This document shows positions 34,249 through 43,867 of a stretch of DNA of 57,082 nucleotides, piece by piece. The number at the start of each line of letters is the position of its first letter. Position 1 is the stretch's first letter. Made by a program: the position numbers and the translations under genes. Origin of the DNA: a virus. Taxonomy: Duplodnaviria; Caudoviricetes. The stretch spans positions 1 to 57,082 of IMG/VR virus record IMGVR_UViG_3300025383_000031. One strand, 5' to 3'. The notes beneath the pieces are model-generated. The model did no database searches and was not told where the DNA came from. It saw nothing but the letters and a program-made list of their open reading frames with translations.

Positions 34249-36451
34249 CTTCTGCCACCAATTCTAACTTGTCACCATTTAGGTCCACCTTAATATTAGC
34301 ATAGTTTCCTGTCTTGTCAAACAGTATTTTCTTTGCTAACGGAACTTTAATGTGTTCATGGATAGTGCGTTGCATTGGTCTGGCACCAAGACTTGGAGTA
34401 TATCCTTTCTTGCATAACCAATCCCATGCAGCATCAGTAAGTGAAACAGATGTATTCTTTAGGGCAAGTTGCTCATTAAGGTCACGAATAAACTTCTCTG
34501 CAACCTTGCGAATTGTAGCGTTATCAAGTTTGTTAAATGTAACAATCGCATCCACTCGATTGCGGAACTCTGGGCGGAAGAACTCCTTAACCGCAGCATC
34601 AACTGCATCCACATTTGTACCGCCACCAAAGCCAATAATGTTACGTTCGCTATCAGCAGCACCCAAATTACTAGTCATAATAAGGATAGACTGGCGGCAA
34701 TCTGCTCGTTTGCCATTGGTGCCAGTGATGAAACCTTCGTCCATAACTTGCAACAGCACCTGTGAAACATCAGGATGTGCCTTTTCAATCTCGTCAAAGA
34801 GAATGATAGAATGTGGATTCTTGGCAATCTCACTAATAAGCAACCCACCAGCAAGGTTAGCATCTTCATAGCCAACATAGCCAGGAGGCGCACCAATAAG
34901 GCGTGAGATAGAATGACGTTCTTGATACTCACTCATATCAAAGCGCAGCAACTTCATACTTAAACGATCTGCCAATTGCTTGGCAAGTTCTGTTTTACCT
35001 GTACCAGTAGGTCCAAGGAACAAGAATGAGCCAACAGGCTTGTTATCAGCCTTTAGACCAGCCTGTGATACCCACACACGGTCAAGGACTTTATCAACTG
35101 CCGTATCTTGATTATACACAACTGCTTTAATCTCAGCGCCAATGTTAGGCATAATCTTTTGTGTATTTTCAGCGCCTAACTGTGCTTCTGGAATTCCAGT
35201 AATGCGAGAAAGTTCGCGACGAATCTGCGCCACATCAATGGTGCGTGAGCCACGTGCTTTTGTACGGCGCAATGCTGCAGCACTGTCAATAAGATCAATT
35301 GCTTTATCTGGAAGTTTCTTATCTGCTTGATAACGAGCAGATAGTTCTACTGCCTCACTAATTGCTTCATCGGTAATTTTTACACCATGAAAAGTTTCAT
35401 AGTTTTCTTTAATACCAAGCAGAATAGTTTTACAATCCGCAATACTTGGTTCATCTACAGCAACACGATTGAAACGACGCATAAGCGCACGATCTTTTTC
35501 AAACTGCTGAGTATATTCTTCCCAAGTAGTTGCAGCAATAACCTTAAAATCACCACGAGCAAGTGCTGGTTTTAACATATTAGAAAAATCTACACTGCTA
35601 TTACTGCCACTGCCAGCACCACGCATCTGATGCGCTTCGTCGATGAATAAAATAATGTTACCAAGTTCGGTAGCTGCTGTGATAATTTCTTGAAGCTTCT
35701 CTTCAAAATCACCACGATACTTTGTACCGGCAAGCAGCGAACCAATGTTTAAACTATAAACTTCATGGTCTTTTAGGAATTTTGGTACGTCGTTATTGAC
35801 GATATTATATGCAAGACCTTCTGCAATAGCAGTTTTACCAACGCCAGCGTCACCTACTAGTAACACATTGCATTTGTTCTTGCGAGCAAGAATCTGCGTC
35901 ATATCAGCAATTTCAGTAGTGCGACCAATTACCGCTTCAATCTTGCCATTGCGTACCATCTCATTTAAATTAGTACAATGTTCATCTAGCGCATTGTTTG
36001 CTAGGTTAATATTTTTCTTGTTCTTGCTCTTATTATAAGTTTCAATAACCTTTTCAGGTTCAACGCCATATTTTTTTAGATAAAAAGCAGCATGACTATG
36101 TGATTCTTTTGTAATTGAAAGATAAAGATCACTGATATGAATAGTTTGGCGACCAAGTAAAATTACTTGTGTAAAAGCACGATTGAATACTCGCTCAAGA
36201 CTTTGTGTCTTTTTCGGCTCATCATCTATATTACTTTGTGGATAGTTTTCGAAGATATAATCTTCAATTTCTTTGGCTAGATTCTCTACATCTACACCCA
36301 TTGTCTGTAATACTTGCATAAAACTTTTTTCATGTAGCATAGAATATAGTAAATGTTCAACTGTAAAGTATTGATGATGGTTTTCAGCAGCAAATTGCTT
36401 GGCTACCTTAACAATTTTTTCAAGATCGTTGTTGCTATTAAATTGGGTCAT
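34217..36451 (-). CDS. clpA: ATP-dependent Clp protease ATP-binding subunit ClpA
   Basis: Clp N domain (TVEHLL), two AAA+ modules (GDAGVGKT, GPTGTGKT), KYRGDFEE and GYVG pore loops, IGF ClpP-docking loop. Confidence 0.95.
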   Translation of the reverse strand: MTQFNSNNDLEKIVKVAKQFAAENHHQYFTVEHLLYSMLHEKSFMQVLQTMGVDVENLAKEIEDYIFENYPQSNIDDEPKKTQSLERVFNRAFTQVILLGRQTIHISDLYLSITKESHSHAAFYLKKYGVEPEKVIETYNKSKNKKNINLANNALDEHCTNLNEMVRNGKIEAVIGRTTEIADMTQILARKNKCNVLLVGDAGVGKTAIAEGLAYNIVNNDVPKFLKDHEVYSLNIGSLLAGTKYRGDFEEKLQEIITAATELGNIILFIDEAHQMRGAGSGSNSSVDFSNMLKPALARGDFKVIAATTWEEYTQQFEKDRALMRRFNRVAVDEPSIADCKTILLGIKENYETFHGVKITDEAISEAVELSARYQADKKLPDKAIDLIDSAAALRRTKARGSRTIDVAQIRRELSRITGIPEAQLGAENTQKIMPNIGAEIKAVVYNQDTAVDKVLDRVWVSQAGLKADNKPVGSFLFLGPTGTGKTELAKQLADRLSMKLLRFDMSEYQERHSISRLIGAPPGYVGYEDANLAGGLLISEIAKNPHSIILFDEIEKAHPDVSQVLLQVMDEGFITGTNGKRADCRQSILIMTSNLGAADSERNIIGFGGGTNVDAVDAAVKEFFRPEFRNRVDAIVTFNKLDNATIRKVAEKFIRDLNEQLALKNTSVSLTDAAWDWLCKKGYTPSLGARPMQRTIHEHIKVPLAKKILFDKTGNYANIKVDLNGDKLELVAEDDRDSRINAD

Positions 36452-36457
36452 AATATT

Positions 36458-36485
36458 AATATAGCACCTTTTCTATTTAAGTCAA
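36458..36485 (-). promoter_or_regulatory. Sigma70-type promoter of clpA, probably leaderless
   Basis: TTGACT-16-TATATT with TGC extension; 6 nt to ATG. Confidence 0.75.
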
Positions 36486-37360
36486 GTGTTAATTGGTTTG
36501 ATTTTTTGTATTTGTGCAATTAAATCAAGTTGTTGTGCAGTAAGTGCAGATGGTATAAGGATATTAATCTTGGCAATATACTTGCCACGAGTACCGTTCT
36601 GTCTAGGGAATCCTTCGTCAGTTATACCAAACTGGCTTTGATGTTGAGTTCCTGCTGGAATATTAATTTCAATTGTTTTACCACTTGGTAACATAATTGG
36701 TATATTGCAACCCATGATTGCTTGGAAACAATCAATTGTTATTTCTTCAATAATATTTTCGCCATTTCTTAAAAATCTTGGATGGCTACGAACTATTATC
36801 TGAACTTCTAAATTACCACGAGGCACTGCTGGATTAGCATCATCGCCACGTCCAGAAATAGTAAAAACATTACCGTTTTCAATGCCTGGTGGAATTTCTA
36901 GTTGCAAAGTATCGGTTTGATTTGTTGTTCTAAATTCAATAACTTTTACTTGACGTTCGAACGTTTCTAAAAAATCCATTTCAATAGTTACACGAATATT
37001 ACGATTTCGTGGTTGCTGACGAGTGGCAAATCCAAACTGTTGTGCAAATTGTTCGTGAAATGCACCAAATGGGTCTGGTCCGCCGCCAAAATTAAAATGA
37101 AACTCAAATGGATTACCGCCACCACGGTGTTGTGCCTGGCCATATGGATTATACTGTGGTTGTGGATTGCGCCGAGTATGATCATAATGCGCACGAGCGT
37201 TTGGATCACTTAATGTGCTATATGCCTCGTTAATTTGCTGAAACTTAGCCTGATCACCACCCATATCTGGGTGATGCTGTTTAGCAAGGCTTCTAAAAGC
37301 TGCCTTTAATTCTTCGGGGCTAGCAGTTTCTGCCACTCCCAATGTTTCATAATGATTCAT
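36482..37360 (-). CDS. dnaJ: Class B J-domain chaperone (DnaJ/CbpA-like)
   Basis: HYETLGV, HPD motif, G/F region, C-terminal substrate domains, no zinc finger. Confidence 0.92.
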   Translation of the reverse strand: MNHYETLGVAETASPEELKAAFRSLAKQHHPDMGGDQAKFQQINEAYSTLSDPNARAHYDHTRRNPQPQYNPYGQAQHRGGGNPFEFHFNFGGGPDPFGAFHEQFAQQFGFATRQQPRNRNIRVTIEMDFLETFERQVKVIEFRTTNQTDTLQLEIPPGIENGNVFTISGRGDDANPAVPRGNLEVQIIVRSHPRFLRNGENIIEEITIDCFQAIMGCNIPIMLPSGKTIEINIPAGTQHQSQFGITDEGFPRQNGTRGKYIAKINILIPSALTAQQLDLIAQIQKIKPINT

Positions 37361-38360
37361 TTTTATTATACAATTTTTCTGCGTTTTTATAAGCAATCTT
37401 CTCACAAATATGTGGTGGTACTTGTGCTAAAATTTCACGCCATACATCAATAATTTCTGGATAATGTTCCCAAGCAGCAATAGTATGACAGTCTGTGCCA
37501 AACATGATTTGATCTTGCCAACGATTTAATAAAGCCAACCAGTCACGTTTAATCTTACCATTGGTTTCTAAGAAACTGCTTTCTAATCTTGCTTGTTTTT
37601 CTTTGCTCTTTAAACTATAACGACCTACCCAATCACCATATTTGTTGAGCCATATTTTGCGAAAATGAAACATATCTTTTTTACTAATCGTCATATAAAC
37701 ATTTTTATGACGATTTAATATTTCATTTGCATGTGCATCATCTGTGTATGCGCAATGTGGAATAATAAAATTAACATCTGAATATTCAGAAAATAATTTA
37801 TTAAAATCTGGCCAATCACGTTCCCAATTATAATTTTCCCAATGAACCATTACAGGTATATTACGTCCTCGCAACCAATTCATAAGTATTTTACTATTTG
37901 GTGCTAAACAATTAACATATCGCTCACCAGTTAGATTTTTTTCTTTAAATTCAATAATATGCTGCTTATCAGCATGAACATAATGAAGTTCGCCAATAAA
38001 TTTTGCGCCTGCCCGAACTTCATCCATTGTATCTTTAACAAAAGCCGTAGTTAAATCATCACGTTGATCCATACGCTTGTATGTGCCTAACACAATCTGC
38101 CCTGGATATTTCTTAGCAATATCTATAGTATGCTGACGACCATCTTTTTCTTGTTGATAACGTCCAAACAGCGCAAGGCGATACACTCCAGTTTGATTCA
38201 TCATATCAATAATATGTTCGCCACTGACATTACTATTAATTTGTCCCATTGCGTCAAATATAGGACCATTGTATTTTACTTTTGGTTTGTTTAGTTTATT
38301 GAGTTTTAATCGCAAATATACAAAATATTCACAAAAATCTTGATAAAAATTATTCAGCAT
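37347..38360 (-). CDS. Amidohydrolase-family TIM-barrel protein
   Basis: FIGEL, PVMVH.E, FIIPH, IMFGTD, IAYKNAEKLY. Confidence 0.8.
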   Translation of the reverse strand: MLNNFYQDFCEYFVYLRLKLNKLNKPKVKYNGPIFDAMGQINSNVSGEHIIDMMNQTGVYRLALFGRYQQEKDGRQHTIDIAKKYPGQIVLGTYKRMDQRDDLTTAFVKDTMDEVRAGAKFIGELHYVHADKQHIIEFKEKNLTGERYVNCLAPNSKILMNWLRGRNIPVMVHWENYNWERDWPDFNKLFSEYSDVNFIIPHCAYTDDAHANEILNRHKNVYMTISKKDMFHFRKIWLNKYGDWVGRYSLKSKEKQARLESSFLETNGKIKRDWLALLNRWQDQIMFGTDCHTIAAWEHYPEIIDVWREILAQVPPHICEKIAYKNAEKLYNKNESL

Positions 38361-38381
38361 AGAAATCTCCTCACTTAGATA

Positions 38382-38410
38382 ATTATGCCATGATAAGGTC
38401 TATCTGTCAA
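38382..38410 (-). promoter_or_regulatory. Sigma70-type promoter
   Basis: TTGACA-17-CATAAT followed by GAGGAG RBS. Confidence 0.75.
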
Positions 38411-38413
38411 GAA

Positions 38414-39028
38414 TTAAGTGGTGCTGATTGAGCCACCAGGTGGCTTTGTTGCCCCTGTTGCTGCGCTTGCTGCGGATGTTTTTTCTTGAGTTCTGCCATA
38501 AGCAGAAATACCAAGAATCGCACCAAATGCAAGGTGAATTAACCCACCATTTGACAGTGTAAGGCTTTGCCATTGAGCATAGGTAACTGTATTTGCACCT
38601 AAACTTTTTAAGAAAATTGGCATCAACATGCTTAGAATTGGTGCAGCAACAAAGTCAAAGAAACAAATTAGCATATAAAGCCAACCCATTGCAGGACGCC
38701 AATATGACTTCATCCAGTGTTCGCTTGCTTTATCTTCTTTTTTATTTTCTTCTTTGGCTATCTGCGCACGTTCATACGCAACTTCATCTTCTTTTTGGTC
38801 TTCATGACGATCTTCAATCGCCATCTTATGATATTCTTTCTTTTCTTCTAACGCAAAACGCATTTCTTCAAGACGAAGTTTGCGAAGTTCAATATTATTT
38901 TGGTCTGATTCTGATAATACAGGTGCAGGTGGAGCAGCAGTTTTTAGCTGTGCATCATCTGGACGTTCATCATCCGCCATACGACGAGGGCCAACTGGCT
39001 CATCATCATCTTCAATTGGTGCTGCCAC
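38414..39028 (-). CDS. Probable holin (GTA 3TM-like) with acidic coiled-coil N-terminus
   Basis: WRPAMGWLY, hydrophobic helices, GAILGISAYGRTQEK; probable GTG start at 39028. Confidence 0.75.
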   Translation of the reverse strand: MAAPIEDDDEPVGPRRMADDERPDDAQLKTAAPPAPVLSESDQNNIELRKLRLEEMRFALEEKKEYHKMAIEDRHEDQKEDEVAYERAQIAKEENKKEDKASEHWMKSYWRPAMGWLYMLICFFDFVAAPILSMLMPIFLKSLGANTVTYAQWQSLTLSNGGLIHLAFGAILGISAYGRTQEKTSAASAATGATKPPGGSISTT

Positions 39029-39410
39029 TGGTAGTTCCTGACTTGGTTGTACCTTGGGTAGAGGCTTGGGAATCGTAATAAGATTTGTATGCGTTAATTT
39101 GTGCTTGATATTGTCTAATGACTTTAACAAGATTGGCTTGATTAACAGATAGGTCTTCGTAATCTCTTGGGTTAATGGCGAAAAGGCTTTCGCTATGTGC
39201 TTTTCCAAATGCCGTGTCAATGTGATCTTCACTTCCAGGTTTTGCTGATTTATTTACCACGTGCCATTCAACGTCATTTAACTTAACTTGATCTACGCTA
39301 GGTAGTACAAGTGTTGGACGTTCAACAGTAACAACTGCTGTGGTAGGCTGCATTGTTTGACAAGCAGCGAGTAATAAACATAAGGGAATTGCTTTAGCAA
39401 CCTTGAGCAT
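39012..39410 (-). CDS. Probable o-spanin (Rz1-like lipoprotein)
   Basis: Lipobox LLLAAC; directly downstream of the i-spanin candidate. Confidence 0.75.
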   Translation of the reverse strand: MLKVAKAIPLCLLLAACQTMQPTTAVVTVERPTLVLPSVDQVKLNDVEWHVVNKSAKPGSEDHIDTAFGKAHSESLFAINPRDYEDLSVNQANLVKVIRQYQAQINAYKSYYDSQASTQGTTKSGTTSGSTN

Positions 39411-39795
39411 TGGTTAAACCTTTATTGACAGTATCTTCTATGCAGCGGAATGATTTGGCTGTTGCATCATTCATACGCTTTTGTAATTCTGTAGGCTTGC
39501 TTTGTGCAAATGCGCCAAGGTCACGATTATTCTTTGTGAATTTTTCTTGGATATCTTGCACTTCATTACGAGCAGCCTGATAATCATCAAATGTTTTTTG
39601 TGAAATTGCTTGCTGTTCTTTTAAATCTGCTTGTGTTTTTTCTAACGTAGCAGTAGTAGTCTTAAGAGCAAAGTCTTTTGTTGCTACTTCTTGATTTAAT
39701 CTTGCCAATTCATCTTGAGTATATTTAAAATACCCAACACCTGCGCCTATTAAACCAATGATAACAAATATCTTCCAAAGGCTAAATCCGAACAT
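39394..39795 (-). CDS. Probable i-spanin (Rz-like)
   Basis: Single N-terminal TM helix, coiled coil, C-terminal Cys residues. Confidence 0.75.
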   Translation of the reverse strand: MFGFSLWKIFVIIGLIGAGVGYFKYTQDELARLNQEVATKDFALKTTTATLEKTQADLKEQQAISQKTFDDYQAARNEVQDIQEKFTKNNRDLGAFAQSKPTELQKRMNDATAKSFRCIEDTVNKGLTNAQGC

Positions 39796-40316
39796 TAGAT
39801 AATCCCACTTAATCGCTTGATGTCTTCTATATCACTATTTAACTTTTTAGTTTCATTTTTTATTCTTGTGAAATTTTTTACACTTTCATCATATTTTTCA
39901 GCAGTAAGCGGAACTATTTTTTCAAAATTTTCTTCGTTCATCTGTACATAATCGCCGCTTTTATACCAACGAAATTTCCATGAATCAGGTTTAATACCAG
40001 TTAGATGATCGAGGTCACCTAACATTTCTTTTATATAATTAAAGATGCCTGGTTTGCGTTGCACTTCAACAAATACTAAACGTTCATTATCGCTAACTTC
40101 ACCTGTGCTTACGTCAGCGTCTAACACCCAATCGTAGCCATTTTCTAGATAGCTAACAAGATCATTTGCTGGCATAATATCACGAATTTTAAAACTTAAA
40201 GTGACAACATCACTTGCTTGTCCCATCTTGCTGTTATATTCATCAATGTGAATAGTTTCATCAACAAGATAGTTAAGGTCGCCCATTTGCAAACCTTCAG
40301 ATATTTGGTTGCGCAT
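39795..40316 (-). CDS. Hypothetical late protein (leader MRNQISE)
   Basis: Probable start at 40316; in late operon. Confidence 0.7.
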   Translation of the reverse strand: MRNQISEGLQMGDLNYLVDETIHIDEYNSKMGQASDVVTLSFKIRDIMPANDLVSYLENGYDWVLDADVSTGEVSDNERLVFVEVQRKPGIFNYIKEMLGDLDHLTGIKPDSWKFRWYKSGDYVQMNEENFEKIVPLTAEKYDESVKNFTRIKNETKKLNSDIEDIKRLSGII

Positions 40317-40857
40317 TTTCTTCTGCTCCTGGTACTTCTTGTGGTGCAGCCTGAGGTGGCGCATTATTTGCAGTACTCTTATCAGTTAGACCTTTTTCTA
40401 TACTAGTTTGTAAATCAGCCAAATCAACTTCTTCACCTGCAATTTCAACACTTCCTTGCTTAATATCACTCATAAGTTTTTTTGGCAACATCATTTCCAC
40501 ATACCAAATTGGAAAATCAACTAATTTTCCTTTATGGCTACCTGGTCTAATATCTGCTGGACTGCGAATTTCTACAGGAACTTGAACTTTATCTTTGGTA
40601 TAAGTTATCTTTGCACCATATGGCATAAGACGTTTAGCTGCAGATGGGTCTGGCATACGATCAAGTGGCCACATAAATTTGCATTTTACCCAATAACGAC
40701 TAATAATTGGACCTTCTACTAACTCACCCAAACGCCAGTTTGGAAATGCATAAAAATCCATACTATCTAACACACGTTCAAAATCACATAGCATGCTTAA
40801 GCTAGCATCGCTCATATATAATTTCTTTATGCTTTCTAAATTTGCTTTAACACTCAT
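40297..40857 (-). CDS. Hypothetical late protein
   Basis: Start 40857 after TAAATA (40874-40879); DFERVLD...NW..GELVEGP. Confidence 0.75.
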   Translation of the reverse strand: MSVKANLESIKKLYMSDASLSMLCDFERVLDSMDFYAFPNWRLGELVEGPIISRYWVKCKFMWPLDRMPDPSAAKRLMPYGAKITYTKDKVQVPVEIRSPADIRPGSHKGKLVDFPIWYVEMMLPKKLMSDIKQGSVEIAGEEVDLADLQTSIEKGLTDKSTANNAPPQAAPQEVPGAEENAQPNI

Positions 40858-40968
40858 AGCAACACCTTTGAGATATTTATGATTGTTAATGGTCTTCAAA
40901 GATTACAACATAATTGTCATATTATGGCATTAAATAATTATGTGTTACAACCAACACAGGAATCTCAA

Positions 40969-41742
40969 ATGCAGCATAAGCGTAAACAGAAATATAATCA
41001 GCCAACAAATAGTTTTAACAATGGAAACGGAAACTCAAACAAACGAAATTATAATAATGTTATCGAACCTGACCAATTCTTACCTGCTAAAAAAAGAAAT
41101 GTAGATATAATCCCAAGAAACCTTAATCAAGAACATTATCTTGACCTACTAATGGATGATAGTGTAAGTATCATCATTGCAAGCGGACCAGCGGGAACTG
41201 GTAAAACCTTACTTGCAATGCAAGCCGCAATTAAAGCCTTAAAAAATCGTGATATTGAACGTATCATCCTTACTCGTCCAGCAGTGGGCGTAGAAGGTGA
41301 AAAACATGGTTTTCTACCAGGTGATTTAAATGCGAAAATGGAACCTTGGACCAAGCCACTGTTTGATGTTCTCCATGAGTATTATAGCACTCGTGAAACT
41401 CAACAGATGGTAGAAAATCAAGTAATTGAAATTTGCCCACTGGCATTTATGCGTGGTCGTACCTTCAAGAACTCTATGATTATTGCTGACGAAATGCAGA
41501 ACGCAACACCTAATCAAATGAAAATGTTGCTTACTCGTATCGGTGAAGGCAGTCGGATTATTGTGACAGGTGACGTTCGTCAAACTGATAGAACAGAAGG
41601 CGAGAATGGTCTATTAGACTTTAGCCGTCTTATTGAACGTTTTACTGATAGTGATCATGTTGGCACAGTTGAGTTCAACGGTGGTGACATTGAACGTCAT
41701 CCTGCAGTTGAAGAGATTCTACGCATTTATGGCGATATTTAA
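40969..41742 (+). CDS. phoH: PhoH-family ATPase
   Basis: GPAGTGKT, LTRPAV, GFLPG, AFMRGRTF, DEMQN, GD..QTD, RH; TAAATA at 40931-40936. Confidence 0.96.
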   Translation: MQHKRKQKYNQPTNSFNNGNGNSNKRNYNNVIEPDQFLPAKKRNVDIIPRNLNQEHYLDLLMDDSVSIIIASGPAGTGKTLLAMQAAIKALKNRDIERIILTRPAVGVEGEKHGFLPGDLNAKMEPWTKPLFDVLHEYYSTRETQQMVENQVIEICPLAFMRGRTFKNSMIIADEMQNATPNQMKMLLTRIGEGSRIIVTGDVRQTDRTEGENGLLDFSRLIERFTDSDHVGTVEFNGGDIERHPAVEEILRIYGDI

Positions 41743-42074
41743 TTATTAGGACGACTTAATATCTTTAATAATTGCCAATTATTATAAGCTTCTTCAACGG
41801 ATGGGTTTTCATGAGTCATATCTTTTACCCAACTGGTTTCTTTGACCCATCCGTTGATTTTATTTTCATATGAAGCAACCATCCATGCTTCTACTAGGTA
41901 TTGTTCATACCAAGTGTCATTTCCATTATCATCTTTTTGCAATCCAAAAAACGCATTGCCATCCATAATAGCAATTGTTTCTGCAATAGGACGCAACATG
42001 CGTTTTTCTTGGGCAGTAAATTTCTTTTTGCGTGTTTTCTTATACGTGTTATATATATGACTAAGAATTTCCAT
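41739..42074 (-). CDS. Hypothetical protein
   Basis: 111-aa ORF converging on phoH. Confidence 0.6.
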   Translation of the reverse strand: MEILSHIYNTYKKTRKKKFTAQEKRMLRPIAETIAIMDGNAFFGLQKDDNGNDTWYEQYLVEAWMVASYENKINGWVKETSWVKDMTHENPSVEEAYNNWQLLKILSRPNN

Positions 42075-42996
42075 TAACTTCCGCTAACTCACACAATGTC
42101 GCACTAAGATTAATTTCTGCATCGGCAACCATAGAATGATTGACTAGCCCATTACGAATGATAACAATAGCACGATCTTGCCCCTCATCACTTGTTGAGA
42201 ACAATTCAAGATTGTCATACATCCAACGAAATACTTCTTCAATTTCATCAGCACGAACTTGGTTGCATAACAATTTACGTGCTTCTCGCACCTTTCCATT
42301 CTTAAATAATTCAACTGCGGCAATGCGGTAATCGCTACTGCTTTGCGTATCATTACTCGCAGAACTTAAGGTTCCACCATTACTTGCGCTTTGCAAACTG
42401 TTAATGCATTTGCGCAGATCAGGATATGCTGCAGTTACATAGCTATCCAGTGTATCTAATTCAAAATCAACGCCTTCTTCAACAAGAATGGTAGCAGCAC
42501 GAGCAGTAAATTCTGTTTTATCAAGACGTTCAATATGAAAACCTTGACAGCGGCTATGAAGTGCTGGGATAATCTTATTAGGATAGTTACAGGTCATAAT
42601 GAAACGTGCGCTTGCACTATAAGTTTCCATCAACCCACGCAACACTGCTTGCGCACTTGGTGAAAGATAATCTGCCTCATCTAGCAGAACAATCTTAAAC
42701 TCACCAAATGGCATTGTAGATACAAATCCTTCAATCTTATCACGAATGAAATCTACACCATTATCACGAGAAGCGTTGATCTGCAACACATCAAAGTCAT
42801 CTACGCCCAAGTCATGGATAAGAACTTTGGCAAGCGTTGTCTTGCCTGTACCAGGTCCGCCACTGAATAATAAATGTGGAATAGTACTGTCACTAATCCA
42901 TTGACGAACTTGTGCCTCTTGAGCAGCATCACGCCATACATAATCGACCACGCTACTTGGACGATACTTTTCAACCCAAAGATAATTTTTTGTCAT
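42061..42996 (-). CDS. Clamp loader AAA+ subunit (gp44/RFC small subunit-like)
   Basis: WVEKYRP, GGPGTGKTT, INASRD, LDEAD, SRC motif. Confidence 0.95.
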   Translation of the reverse strand: MTKNYLWVEKYRPSSVVDYVWRDAAQEAQVRQWISDSTIPHLLFSGGPGTGKTTLAKVLIHDLGVDDFDVLQINASRDNGVDFIRDKIEGFVSTMPFGEFKIVLLDEADYLSPSAQAVLRGLMETYSASARFIMTCNYPNKIIPALHSRCQGFHIERLDKTEFTARAATILVEEGVDFELDTLDSYVTAAYPDLRKCINSLQSASNGGTLSSASNDTQSSSDYRIAAVELFKNGKVREARKLLCNQVRADEIEEVFRWMYDNLELFSTSDEGQDRAIVIIRNGLVNHSMVADAEINLSATLCELAEVNGNS

Positions 42997-43002
42997 AGGA
43001 TT

Positions 43003-43031
43003 ATATTAACACTGTGTTAGAGGAATGTCAA
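43003..43031 (-). promoter_or_regulatory. Sigma70-type promoter of clamp loader, probably leaderless
   Basis: TTGACA-17-TAATAT; 6 nt to ATG. Confidence 0.7.
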
Positions 43032-43035
43032 TTGT

Positions 43036-43428
43036 TTAATAAGTTGGATTTAAACCAACAGTTAAATCTTCTTTTGGTGGCTCATCGCTGCTCATAAGAA
43101 TATCTTTGGGATCAACTAGACGAATGGTAGTTGATACACCATCTTCATCTGTCATGTCAAGCCCACGAGTCCAACGACCATGTGCAACAAGGATATATTC
43201 ACCTACTTTTACATCTTCTTGTTTTGGTCCAATCGCTACTACTTCTGCCCAACGAGGACGAATACCCTGACCTTTCTTATCATCGTCAAGAATAATAATA
43301 CCACCAAGAGTCATGCGTTCGCCAAAATCCATATCTTTGACCATAACATTATTCTTAGTTGGTTGAATTTTACGATAATCTTGATTATAATGTAATGTGC
43401 TACTGCGTGGTCCAATGGTAGTTTTCAT
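43036..43428 (-). CDS. groES: GroES-like co-chaperonin
   Basis: IQP..NNVMV, TLGGIIIL mobile loop, AEVVAIGP, VKVGE. Confidence 0.85.
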   Translation of the reverse strand: MKTTIGPRSSTLHYNQDYRKIQPTKNNVMVKDMDFGERMTLGGIIILDDDKKGQGIRPRWAEVVAIGPKQEDVKVGEYILVAHGRWTRGLDMTDEDGVSTTIRLVDPKDILMSSDEPPKEDLTVGLNPTY

Positions 43429-43847
43429 ATTCTGTTTCTCTGATTTCTTAATTTTTCTGCTAATTCTTGACTACGAACAAGTGCATCTGCATATCCACCA
43501 CTTGTTGGTGCAGCAGTTGTTGGTTCAACAACTTGTGGATTTTCTTTACTTGCAGCAATGTCACTTGCTGGATCAGTGATAGGTGTTTCAAATATATCAG
43601 CGATTGCAGCCTGCGAAGCTTGATCACTATTAGCATATATCGGGTTATCACTTAATACCGAACCTTTTTGTTGTTCATAAACTTCTTTCATGATTTCATC
43701 CCTCGTTTTAGCTATTACGCCGCCTGGACCAATAATGTCACCACGTGCATTTTGACGACTGTTTCCGACAGCAATAGTACGTTCTTGATGAATCTTTAAT
43801 GCATTGATATCTAAATATTTTCCAGTTGCTGTTCGATACACACCCAT
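43425..43847 (-). CDS. Hypothetical late protein
   Basis: YRTATGK..D...L...AVGN..NARGD; TAAATA at 43865-43870. Confidence 0.7.
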   Translation of the reverse strand: MGVYRTATGKYLDINALKIHQERTIAVGNSRQNARGDIIGPGGVIAKTRDEIMKEVYEQQKGSVLSDNPIYANSDQASQAAIADIFETPITDPASDIAASKENPQVVEPTTAAPTSGGYADALVRSQELAEKLRNQRNRI

Positions 43848-43867
43848 TTCTATTCCTTTTACACTAT

